In this document: one piece after another, positions 1-8,234 of the stretch
Position numbering within the stretch: position 1 is the first letter of the stretch
Layout: every line of letters begins with the position of its first letter
Source: Myxococcota bacterium
Lineage (GTDB): Bacteria > Myxococcota_A > UBA9042 > PHBI01 > JACKFB01
NCBI GenBank assembly: GCA_041389525.1
Contig: JAWKRR010000022.1
Span: 19,130 to 83,129 of the forward strand
Reading direction: 5' to 3'
DNA: 64,000 bases
The notes under the pieces: model-generated
The model's input: only the letters and a program-made list of their open reading frames with translations
What the model was told of the DNA's origin: nothing
Database searches by the model: none
Position numbers and translations under genes: made by a program

Positions 1-60
1 TGGCTCTCGCGCAGCCGATCTCGGGCGGGCCTGCTTCGCCGCGCCAGAGGCCGACCGCCA

Positions 61-672
61 TTGCGGAACGAGCTGCGCAGACTCGGACCAAGAAAGGAGA
101 GCCCCGTGGAAGAACTGAAGACCCGCTCAAAAGGGTGCTGCGAGCTGTGCGGGTCGTCCGCGGGCCTGGGCGTCTTGGCCGTGGACCCGGGTGTCGAGGG
201 CGACGCGGCGACCAGCGTGGTGGTCTGCAAAGTCTGCGGGCCAGGCGCCACCTCGGGCGAGCCGCTGGAGGGCGCGCACTGGTTCTGCCTGCAGCAGTCG
301 ATCTGGAGCGAGGTCCCGGCCGTGCAGGTCCTGAGCTTTCGCCTGCTCCACCGCATGGTCGGCCAGCCGTGGGCCGCCGATTTGCTAGGCCAGGTCTACC
401 TAGACGACGAGACCCGCGCCTGGGCCGAGCGCGACCTGGCGCCAGCGGGCGAGCCCACCACGGTCCCCGTAGACAGCCACGGCACGCCACTGGCAGAGGG
501 CGATTCAGTGACCCTCATCAAGGACCTGGCGGTCAAAGGCGCCAACTTCACCGCCAAGCGCGGGACGCTGGTGAAGAACATCCACCTAGGCGACGACCCG
601 ACCCACGTGGAGGGCCGCGTCGACAAGGTCGTCATCATGCTGAAGACCGAGTTCCTCAAGCGAGCCGGCTGA
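61..672 (+). CDS. phnA: PhnA-family protein (N-terminal zinc-ribbon CxxC...CxxC plus PhnA C-terminal domain)
   Basis: The C-terminal 'GDSVTLIKDLAVKGANFTAKRGTLVKNIHLGDDPTHVEGRVD' matches the conserved PhnA C-terminal domain (E. coli PhnA '[40 protein letters not shown]'). The N-terminus carries CELCG...CKVCG zinc-ribbon cysteines. The start may lie downstream of the listed TTG. Confidence 0.7.
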   Translation: MRNELRRLGPRKESPVEELKTRSKGCCELCGSSAGLGVLAVDPGVEGDAATSVVVCKVCGPGATSGEPLEGAHWFCLQQSIWSEVPAVQVLSFRLLHRMVGQPWAADLLGQVYLDDETRAWAERDLAPAGEPTTVPVDSHGTPLAEGDSVTLIKDLAVKGANFTAKRGTLVKNIHLGDDPTHVEGRVDKVVIMLKTEFLKRAG

Positions 673-860
673 CCGTCGCGCGCCGGGCATTGCCAGCTCT
701 GTCCCCGACCGCTATTTGGCGCGAGCGGCACTGGACGCGATGGCCGGAGAGACGAACCGATGACGACGGGGTCTTCTGGGTGGGGAGCGCTGAGCGAGGC
801 GCGGCCGGCGAAGGCTCATTCATCCCAGCGTGGCGATGCTCGCTGGACGGAAGGGCGGTG

Positions 861-1358
861 ATGCACGGTCCCGTGTACCGATTTCTCCAGGAGGATCACG
901 CGCGGCTCGATGCGTTGTTGAGGCGAGCGGATGCCCTCCCTGACCTCATCGACTTCGACGCGTTCGAGTCGTTCCGCGGCGGGCTCCTGCGCCACATCGC
1001 GATGGAACAGAAGGTGCTGCTCCCCGAGGCGCGGCGCCTCCGCGGCGGGCAACCGCTGGACGTCGCGAGACAGCTTCGTGCCGATCACGCGGCGCTGGCC
1101 GGGCTCCTCGTCCCGACCCCCACGCACGAGATCATCGCGACCATTCGGAGGGTGCTCGTGGAGCACAACCCGCTCGAGGAGGATCCCGGTGGCCTCTACG
1201 AGGATTGCGAGAGACTGGCAGGTGCGGAGGCCGACGCTCTCGTCGCGCGCATGCGGGCGATACCGCCGGTCCCCACGGCCCCGCACTTCGATGGACCGCG
1301 CGTCTTCACCGCCATAGAGAACCTACTGCACGCAAGGCTCAACGTCGGCGACGGATGA
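861..1358 (+). CDS. hemerythrin-like (HHE cation-binding) domain protein
   Basis: ATG at 861 is in frame with the C-terminal half of ORF 135..1358. The protein starts 'MHGPVYRFLQEDHARLDALL...HIAMEQKVLLPEAR...DHAALAGLL...EHNPLEE', with His/Glu residues spaced as in hemerythrin-like domains. The upstream part of the long ORF is Arg/Gly-rich and non-protein-like. Confidence 0.6.
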   Translation: MHGPVYRFLQEDHARLDALLRRADALPDLIDFDAFESFRGGLLRHIAMEQKVLLPEARRLRGGQPLDVARQLRADHAALAGLLVPTPTHEIIATIRRVLVEHNPLEEDPGGLYEDCERLAGAEADALVARMRAIPPVPTAPHFDGPRVFTAIENLLHARLNVGDG

Positions 1359-1555
1359 CGTGTCGAAGGACGGCCAGCGGAGGCACCGAGACGCAGCAAC
1401 CACGCAGCCCTCATCCCGCGTCGCAGCGAAGCGAACCCCAAGTCCGTCCCCGAACCTCAGCCTGCCGGGCTCACATTCGCCCCTTGGGCATCGGGCCGTC
1501 GTTGGGATAGAAGCGCACCGTCCCGGGGGCGCACGCCGCGCTCGCCCGGACCGAG

Positions 1556-1777
1556 GTGCCTATGGCCTGGCTGGACTCCATCCCCCTGACTTTGCTCATC
1601 GTGGCCGCGCTGCTGCTAGGCTTGGCGCCGCTAGTCCCAGAGCCACACCTGTTCGAGAAGGTGCGAATGCTGGCCCAGGGCACCCTGACGCGCCCCATCG
1701 ACATCTTCGACCTCATCTTCCACGCCAGCCTCCCGCTGCTGCTGGTGATGAAGCTGGTCCGGATGGCGACCAACTGA
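1556..1777 (+). CDS. small hydrophobic membrane protein (73 aa), function unknown
   Basis: Intact ORF with two predicted TM helices (LTLLIVAALLLGLAPLV; FHASLPLLLVMKLV) and protein-like composition. No family assigned. Confidence 0.45.
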   Translation: MPMAWLDSIPLTLLIVAALLLGLAPLVPEPHLFEKVRMLAQGTLTRPIDIFDLIFHASLPLLLVMKLVRMATN

Positions 1778-3159
1778 GCGCGGGCGGCGGGCACCATCGT
1801 CCTCCCGCGCCGCAAGGCTGCGCCAGAGCAAGCAGAAAGTCTGCCCCCGGCCCCCGACGTTCCGACCGTTTCGAGCCTGAAATTGCTGGCTCAAAATATG
1901 AGAAGCAACCGTATTCCGACCCCTAGTCTCCGCCTTCAGGGTCGTTGCGGAATGGTTGACGTCCGCGGTCGGCCCCTCGATCACACGGTTTAGAGGCGCG
2001 GCCTGTCGCGCGCGTCTGCCCATGATGATAACGAGCCAGCGGACCACTTCGCCCGCGCGCGGGGCGCCTCGCAGGCGCGGGATCCCTGATTGCCACCCAC
2101 GCTGTTCTCCACCTCCCTAACCTTGCTCGCTCGAACTCCTGGGGAGGAGGCACGAGCAGGTATCGTCGCGGACGGCCCAGCGATTCCAGATGATTGCGCG
2201 TGAATCGGACCATCTCGGTCGGATCTGGACGCCAACGGCTCCGCTCAACCATCAGCGCCAAGGCGAGCTTCCTTGAGTGCGTGAGCGACTTGTAGGAAAA
2301 TGCTCTCGTCCACTGAGTCCAGTATCACGCTCTCTCCTCAGGAAGCCGGCCCCAGCAACCCTTCGTCTCCGGACTCAGCCACAAGTAACCTTGTTCCGGA
2401 TCCGGTCGGGAGACGCCTCAGGTACTCGTCGCTGATTGTGCGCATGGCCTTGAACTCAGGAGCCGGAAAGAAGCGAGTAGCCGCTCCCCGCACAGCGGAA
2501 AGAAGGCATCCGCCTCCTTACCCACACCGACGTAGTCCGAAACCAACAAGGCGATTGCTGGATGCTTGGCCCGATCCAGCTGACCGCATCTGGTACCAGC
2601 CCCTGGCGGATTGACGATTTCCTCGCCTCCGGCTTCGACAGCAGTTCTTCGACAATCGCGGAAGCCGCCATGGCGTCGTCAATGTCAGAAATCGCGTGCT
2701 GCCGCACATTCTCAGGAGTTGCTCCTGAACGGTCGAGCGTACTCCACCGAGGAGGAATTCACGACGCGCTGCAGAGCGCCGGCTACGAATTCACCAGCCA
2801 TTGCCCCGAGAACCGAAGAGCCGGTGTTCGCTCGAACCAGCGCACCCGCTGCTGCTTGGCGCCTGCCGTTTGGCGCTCTCGACCGAGACTTCCTTCACTT
2901 TAATCGCGCCCCGACGTGTGCCAGCGGGAAGACTTGGCGGGGGGCGGATGAGAGGTTCGCGCTTGCCCCGCGCCGAAGGCGCTCGGACCGCCCCCGTTGA
3001 CAGCCTTTGCGGTGTTCGATGGCGCTTGAACTCGTCTCGCGGTGTTCATGGTGGGGAGCCTCGCTCGCACGCTACGGCAAGTCAATGGCGTGTCGTTCGG
3101 CCTGTCCGGGACTTGAAGTTCCGGGGCCGCTGGGCGGTCGATCGAACGCCAGCCCGAGA

Positions 3160-3873
3160 TCAGCTGTGGGTCCCGATCTGCGGTGCTGCTGCCGGCGCGG
3201 TTAGCTCGGGGTTGGCTTGCCAGACTATGGCCAGGTAGGTGAGGAGGGTGGCGTCGGTTAGTTCGATTATCTCCTCTATTAGGGTGGGGGCGCAGTGTTG
3301 GGTGAGGGCGGTTTGGGATTCTCCCCATTGGAAGATGGCTATGGTTAGGGCGGCTGATAGGGCTGGGAGGGCTAGGAGGGCTAGGTGGCGGAGTGTGGGG
3401 GCTTTGGATTGGTAGATTGCTAGGAGGGGGAGCCAGGTGGCTACTAGGAAGAGGAGGATTAGAGGGGGGAGCTCGCTTAGGAGGGCTGCGGCGGTGTTGA
3501 TGGGGCCGTAGTCGGTGGTTTGTAGCAGCGTGTGGATTGAGCGCTGGTCGGGGTCGAAGAAGAGGGGGCGGCCGGAGAGGACTTGGCCCCAGTTGGCCTC
3601 CTCTAGGAAGATGAGGGCGATGACTGCTAGGGCTGCCATGAGCGCGCGGCGGGGGCGGGCTTGGAGGGTTGGGAGGCGGAATGCCAGGAGGGTGAATGCC
3701 ATGGCATATTGCGCCAGGGTGGCCCACTCTGAGAATGACTGCTCGCCGCGTCGCATGCTGTAGAACCAGCAGCCGGCGGGTTTGGCGTAGACGAAGGCTG
3801 TCAGGACCACGGGGAGGGCGGCCCAGAGGAGGGCGGCGGCGGTCCAGGCTTGCTGGGATTTTGGGCGTGGCAT
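3160..3873 (-). CDS. polytopic membrane protein, unknown function (lower-GC, rare-codon gene)
   Basis: 237-aa ORF with 6 or more hydrophobic helices. The coding strand is CT-rich with frequent CTA/TTA Leu codons, atypical for the surrounding ~70% GC DNA. The overlapping ORF 2900..3727(-) is a Pro-rich low-complexity artefact in another frame. Confidence 0.5.
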   Translation of the reverse strand: MPRPKSQQAWTAAALLWAALPVVLTAFVYAKPAGCWFYSMRRGEQSFSEWATLAQYAMAFTLLAFRLPTLQARPRRALMAALAVIALIFLEEANWGQVLSGRPLFFDPDQRSIHTLLQTTDYGPINTAAALLSELPPLILLFLVATWLPLLAIYQSKAPTLRHLALLALPALSAALTIAIFQWGESQTALTQHCAPTLIEEIIELTDATLLTYLAIVWQANPELTAPAAAPQIGTHS

Positions 3874-3883
3874 GTGGCGGGTC

Positions 3884-4990
3884 TTAGACTTCTTGGCGGC
3901 GGACGGACCAGATGAAGCTGTCGAACCAGAAGTGGGCGAGCGAGGTCATCAGCCAGAAGGCGACGAGCCAGGAGACCTGCATGGTGTCTAGGCGCAGCCA
4001 GGCGAAGGCGGCCGCGGTGCCTAGGACGAGGACGAAGGCTAGGAGGGCTCCGAAGGGGCGGCGGTCGAGGCTTAGCGAGCTTGTGACGTTCTTGCGCTCG
4101 CTGAACCAGACCAGGGCGACGTACATGGTGGCGTGGTAGAGGTTTCCGATGATGGCGCCGTCGAGGATGGAGAAGTAGGTGAGTGCCAGGATGTTCGCGG
4201 CGCCGGTGGAGGCGTAGAGGGCGAGTTTGGCGGGCGCGATGCGGTAGCCGCGGGTGCTGAGGCGTAGGTAGGACGCGACGTAGAAGAGGGTGTAGGCGCC
4301 GGCGAAGGCGATGAGGGGCCAGCGGAGGTGCGCGGCGTAGTTGGCGGCGACGTGGAGCCAGGCGAGGTTGGGGTCGAAGCCGGTGGCGGGGATGAACTCG
4401 GCGGGGCGCACGAAGGTCAGGGCGATGAGGTAGGGCAGCCACTCGAAGGTGAAGCACATGCCCATGTCGAGGCGGCGGCCGACGTGGGGGTCGTTGCCGC
4501 GCTTGCTGTCGTAGATGCGGCCGAAGCCGAAGGTCTGCATCACCGAGTGCCACTCGTCCCAGAGCACTGCGATGGGGGCGATGACGAAGAGGACCTCGCT
4601 GGAGAGTGCCAGGGCGAGCAGCAGCAGGGCCGGGGCGACCATGAGGCGGCGGCGGTAGCGGGTGTAGACGGCGGGGTTGAGGTGGCTGCGGACCACCGTG
4701 AGGTTGACGTGGCCGAAGGTGAAGATGGCGGCGACGAGGATGAGCCAGGTCGGGGTGGCGCCGGTGTAGGCGATGGAGCCGCCGGGGGCGCGGGGGGCGC
4801 CGAGGAGGGCGACCACGGCGAAGGCGATCATCGGGCAGGCGAGGAAGACCACGGGGTCGATGGCGCGGCCGATGATGTACCAGGGGCGGGCTGGTGCTGC
4901 CGCGGGGGCGGGCTCGGCGCGGGCTGGTGTGGCGCGGGCGGCGGCGGCGGTGGACACGCGGGCTCCGTCTGGCGGGGACGGCGCGAGCAT
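3884..4990 (-). CDS. polytopic membrane protein (368 aa), unknown function
   Basis: Long ORF with about 9 hydrophobic segments (e.g. 'WLILVAAIFTFGHVNLTVV', 'LAFVLVLGTAAAFAWL'). It lies 10 bp upstream of the 3160..3873 gene on the same strand and shares its many CTA codons (frequent 'tag' on the plus strand), suggesting a two-gene membrane operon of foreign origin. Confidence 0.55.
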   Translation of the reverse strand: MLAPSPPDGARVSTAAAARATPARAEPAPAAAPARPWYIIGRAIDPVVFLACPMIAFAVVALLGAPRAPGGSIAYTGATPTWLILVAAIFTFGHVNLTVVRSHLNPAVYTRYRRRLMVAPALLLLALALSSEVLFVIAPIAVLWDEWHSVMQTFGFGRIYDSKRGNDPHVGRRLDMGMCFTFEWLPYLIALTFVRPAEFIPATGFDPNLAWLHVAANYAAHLRWPLIAFAGAYTLFYVASYLRLSTRGYRIAPAKLALYASTGAANILALTYFSILDGAIIGNLYHATMYVALVWFSERKNVTSSLSLDRRPFGALLAFVLVLGTAAAFAWLRLDTMQVSWLVAFWLMTSLAHFWFDSFIWSVRRQEV

Positions 4991-5065
4991 AATCGAAGGC
5001 GGGGGCGAAGTGGATGGAGGATTTTCGGGCGGCGCGGGCGCGGCGGGCGGCGCGGCGTGGGCGGC

Positions 5066-5767
5066 CTACGAAGACCCTTTCTGGCGGCGCATGGCCAGCA
5101 GGCGCTGGATGAACTGCGGGGTGACGCCCAGGCGGCGGGCGGCCTCCTCGATGTCGCCGTCCGCGTCCGCGATGGCCTGGTCGATGTCGCCGGCGGCCGC
5201 GTCGGTGGCCATGGCCGTCGGCTTGTGGGCCCCGGCGCCGCGCACGCGCTCGGCCGCGCCCGCGTCGGCGTCGTCGGTGGTCCGCGACTGCATCTCGTAG
5301 ACCCAGCTCGCGCTGCCAATGGTGATCCGGTCGCCGTAGGCCAGCACGGCGCGGCGCACGGGCTGCCCGTTGACCAGGGTGCCGTTGGCGCTGCCGAGAT
5401 CCTCCAGCAGCAGGCCCTGCCCCGTCGGCGTCAGGCGGCAGTGCTCGCGCGAGGCCAGCGCTTCGGTCGTCTGGATGCGGTTGGACGGCGCCCGCCCGAT
5501 CGTGACGCTGCCGCCTTTGACGTGGAACTCGCGGCCCGCCACGTCGCCGCCGACGCCGATGAGCCAGTCGAGCTTGGACTCCTGGGAGCCAGAGAAAACC
5601 TCGTCAAAATCGAGGCCGGTGCTGCCCAGGGGGCGTGAGGCGGGGGCGGCGACTTGGGCGCGGCGCGCGGCCGGCCGGGGCGCGCCAGATCGCCGCAACC
5701 CGAACCAAATGCCCGCGGCGGCTGCGGCGGCGACCGCGATGATCGCCGCGATGACCAGCAGGTTCAC
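5066..5767 (-). CDS. FHA-domain protein with N-terminal transmembrane anchor
   Basis: N-terminal TM helix (LLVIAAIIAVAAAAAAGIWFGL). FHA core 'VTIGRAPSNRIQTTEALASREHCRLTPTGQGLLLEDLGSANGTLVNGQPV...GDRITIGS' (GR...S..H...N..NGT signature). The C-terminal 'AARRLGVTPQFIQRLL' is HTH-like. Confidence 0.75.
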   Translation of the reverse strand: MNLLVIAAIIAVAAAAAAGIWFGLRRSGAPRPAARRAQVAAPASRPLGSTGLDFDEVFSGSQESKLDWLIGVGGDVAGREFHVKGGSVTIGRAPSNRIQTTEALASREHCRLTPTGQGLLLEDLGSANGTLVNGQPVRRAVLAYGDRITIGSASWVYEMQSRTTDDADAGAAERVRGAGAHKPTAMATDAAAGDIDQAIADADGDIEEAARRLGVTPQFIQRLLAMRRQKGSS

Positions 5768-5883
5768 GGTGCCTCCGTGCTGTCGTCTTCGGGGGGTGAG
5801 GCCTCAGAGCCGGGCTCGCAGAACCCGCGCCCCAGCTGTCAGCGTAGAGAGGCCACCGCAGGAGTTCAACCCGCCGCGGGGCG

Positions 5884-6939
5884 CTACGGGCAACGCACGG
5901 GCAGCGCGGCGCTGAGGCGGGCGGCGGCGTCTGTGGCCGCCCTCTGGTCGGCGGCGGCGAGGTGAACGGTGTCGGCGGCGACGGCGCTCTCCATGCGCGC
6001 CACGGTCTCCTGCGCCAGCGGGCAGCGGTCCAGTCGCAGCGCGTCGGCCGCGCGGCTGGCCCACTTGCAGGCGTCGGTGTCGGCGCCGACCGCCTCGCAG
6101 ACCGTCGCCGCGGCCGCGATGAGCGGGGCGCCGCCTGGCGATTCGGGGGCATCGGCGTCGCCCGATGGCCACGCGAGGACCACGAGGGTCGCCAGCCCGA
6201 CCACGATGAGCGCCCACACCCACGCGGGCCTCCCCAGCAGCTCCACGCGACCATACGCCCGCTGCGCGCGCGCAGCCGCCTGCTCGGCCAGCGGCGCCAG
6301 GTCGCGGTAGAGCCGCGGCGCGTCGCGCTCCATCTGGTGAAACGCGTACTCGGCCTGCTTCGGGTCCTTCGCGATGAGCTGCTCCATGGCCGCCAGCGCG
6401 CCCGAGGCCTGCCCCCGGATGATGTCGTGGCCGATCGCGTCCCGCAGGGCCGCCGGGAAGCTCGCGTCCAGCCGCGCCAGCTGGCCGCAGTACTGCAAAC
6501 GCTCGGTGAATCCCCGCCCCAGCGCCGCCCGGTTGCGCCCCTCCAGCGCCTTCACCCACGCCTCGAGGCTGCGCTGCAGGTCCTGCGCCGCCGCCACCCG
6601 CGTCGCGTCCACGTCGCCGCCCTCGTGCAGCTTCACCGTGAACGCGATGAGCCGCCGCGGGTCGAACCACAGCCGCTCTGCCGGGGACACCGCCGACAGG
6701 TCCAGCAGCGTCCGCAGCACCTCCGACGCGTTGACCAGCAGCCCGCTCGCCGCGACGCGGTCCACCTCCGCGTGCACCTGCCCCGGGTTCCCAGCGTCCA
6801 TCGCCGCCACCAGCGCCGGCACGTTGACCGCGCGCTGCCGAGCGGCCAGCAACCGCATGGTCTCGGCGACGTCGTACTGCTGCGACGGCGGCCTCGCGGC
6901 CCCCGGTCGGGTCGAAGGATTCGTCTCGCGGTCGACCAT
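5884..6939 (-). CDS. hypothetical protein with one internal TM helix, co-oriented immediately upstream of the FHA gene
   Basis: ORF 5884..6990 has protein-like composition; the likely start is MVDRETN (ATG about 6939). It has one TM helix 'AWVWALIVVGLATLVVLAW'. The overlapping Arg/Gly-rich ORFs 5804..7099(-) and 5962..6957(+) are artefacts. Confidence 0.5.
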   Translation of the reverse strand: MVDRETNPSTRPGAARPPSQQYDVAETMRLLAARQRAVNVPALVAAMDAGNPGQVHAEVDRVAASGLLVNASEVLRTLLDLSAVSPAERLWFDPRRLIAFTVKLHEGGDVDATRVAAAQDLQRSLEAWVKALEGRNRAALGRGFTERLQYCGQLARLDASFPAALRDAIGHDIIRGQASGALAAMEQLIAKDPKQAEYAFHQMERDAPRLYRDLAPLAEQAAARAQRAYGRVELLGRPAWVWALIVVGLATLVVLAWPSGDADAPESPGGAPLIAAAATVCEAVGADTDACKWASRAADALRLDRCPLAQETVARMESAVAADTVHLAAADQRAATDAAARLSAALPVRCP

Positions 6940-7236
6940 GGCGCCCCCCCGGTCTGAGCTCACGATCTGCCGGTTGACCCACCGGAGCAACGCCGACCGG
7001 GCACATTCGCACAGCGGAGTGTACCCGGACCCGGCAAGCGCATGAAATCACAGGCACTACACCGCGCCCTCCGGCACCACCCCGCGCCGCCGCTGGCACG
7101 CCTACGGCCCCAAGCCCCTCACCAATAATTCGCCAGAATTTTCAAGACGCACTTGCGCGCATCGGGGTGGCCGGGCGAGGGTGGGCGGACGCCCAAACAG
7201 GCCAGATTCCAAACAAAAACTTCCCCGGAGGGAAAT

Positions 7237-8073
7237 GTGAAAGCCGTTCGCCTACTCGTTCTAAGCGCCGCCGTCTTGTCTGTCGCGGTCGCTGGTTGCA
7301 AGAGCACCCCCGCCGCCCCATCCGAGCCCGACAAGGTCGTCACCGAGGGCATCGCCGCGATCAAGGCCAACAAGCCCGCGAACGTGTACGCGATGCTTCC
7401 GCCGTCCTACCAGGCGGACGTGCAGGGCGTCGTGACCGAGGGAACCTCGAAGATCGACAAGGAGATCTTCGAGCTCGGCGTGAAGGTCCTCGACAAGGCC
7501 GTCGCCGTCCTCGACAAGCACGGCGAGGAGATCGGCAAGAGCCCGATGGCCAAGGCCGTTCCTGGCGATTTCAAGGAAGTCGTCGCGCTGGTCAAGGAGT
7601 TCCACGGCCTGCTCAAGAGCTCGGGCCTGACCGACTACGACAAGGTCAAGGGCCTCAAGGTCGCGGACTTCCTCGGCGACAGCGGCGAGAAGTTCATGGC
7701 TTACGGCACCAAGGTCGGCAAGAAGTTCGGCGGCGAGGACTACGAGGGCGGCATGAAGAAGCTCGACGGAGTCACCGCGAAGACGCTCTCGTCGGAGGGT
7801 GATAAGGCCGAGGTCGAGATCACCGCCGACGGCAAGACCGAGAAGGCCGCGTTCGTGAAGATCGAGGGCGTCTGGGTCCCCGAGGACATGACGAAGGGCT
7901 GGAAGCCGATGATCGAGAACGCCAAGAAGAGCGTCGGCGAGGGCATGGCGGCCGCCGCGGCCAACAAGGAAGACACGAAGAAGATGCTCGAGTCGGTCCT
8001 CGCGGCCCTCGAGGCGGTCGAGAAGGACGGCAAGCTGGACCCGCTGATGCAGATGGGCGGAATGCTCAACTAG
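7237..8073 (+). CDS. Lys-rich lipoprotein, unknown function
   Basis: GTG at 7237 preceded by GGAG (7227-7230). Lipobox 'LSVAVAGC'. Lys/Glu/Gly-rich mature protein with lower GC than its neighbours. Followed by a canonical terminator. Confidence 0.6.
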   Translation: MKAVRLLVLSAAVLSVAVAGCKSTPAAPSEPDKVVTEGIAAIKANKPANVYAMLPPSYQADVQGVVTEGTSKIDKEIFELGVKVLDKAVAVLDKHGEEIGKSPMAKAVPGDFKEVVALVKEFHGLLKSSGLTDYDKVKGLKVADFLGDSGEKFMAYGTKVGKKFGGEDYEGGMKKLDGVTAKTLSSEGDKAEVEITADGKTEKAAFVKIEGVWVPEDMTKGWKPMIENAKKSVGEGMAAAAANKEDTKKMLESVLAALEAVEKDGKLDPLMQMGGMLN

Positions 8074-8126
8074 CACCTGCTAGGGCCCGCTCCGCCGCAG
8101 CTTCGTAGCTGCGTTGTAGCGAGTGT

Positions 8127-8170
8127 GACGGCGGCGTTCGGACCAGCTCCGACGCCGCCGTTTTCGTTTG
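8127..8170 (+). terminator. Rho-independent terminator (GC stem plus T-tract) after the lipoprotein gene
   Basis: gACGGCGGCGTtcggaccagctccgACGCCGCCGttttcgttt: a 10-bp perfect stem followed by TTTTCGTTT. A second GC hairpin CCAGCCCCCacttcGGGGGCTGG lies at 8183-8207. Confidence 0.6.
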
Positions 8171-8234
8171 GGGCGCCGCAGGTGCCAGCCCCCCACTTCG
8201 GGGGCTGGACCTCGCGGCGGCCAGCGTCGATAGT

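Noticed and set aside
2900-3727. 275-aa Pro-rich ORF on the minus strand
   Set aside because: PPSPPSPP low complexity generated by the purine-rich strand. It overlaps the better-supported membrane-protein frame 3160..3873.
4328-5638. 436-aa plus-strand Gly/Ala/Asp/Glu-rich ORF
   Set aside because: Antisense to the 368-aa membrane gene and the FHA gene. Pure low complexity (GGGDELGGAHEGQGDE...).
5804-7099. 431-aa minus-strand ORF (alternative frame to 5884..6939)
   Set aside because: Arg/Gly-rich nonsense (RGGAGGRG, GRRRHRRL). The 5884..6990 frame has balanced composition and a TM helix.
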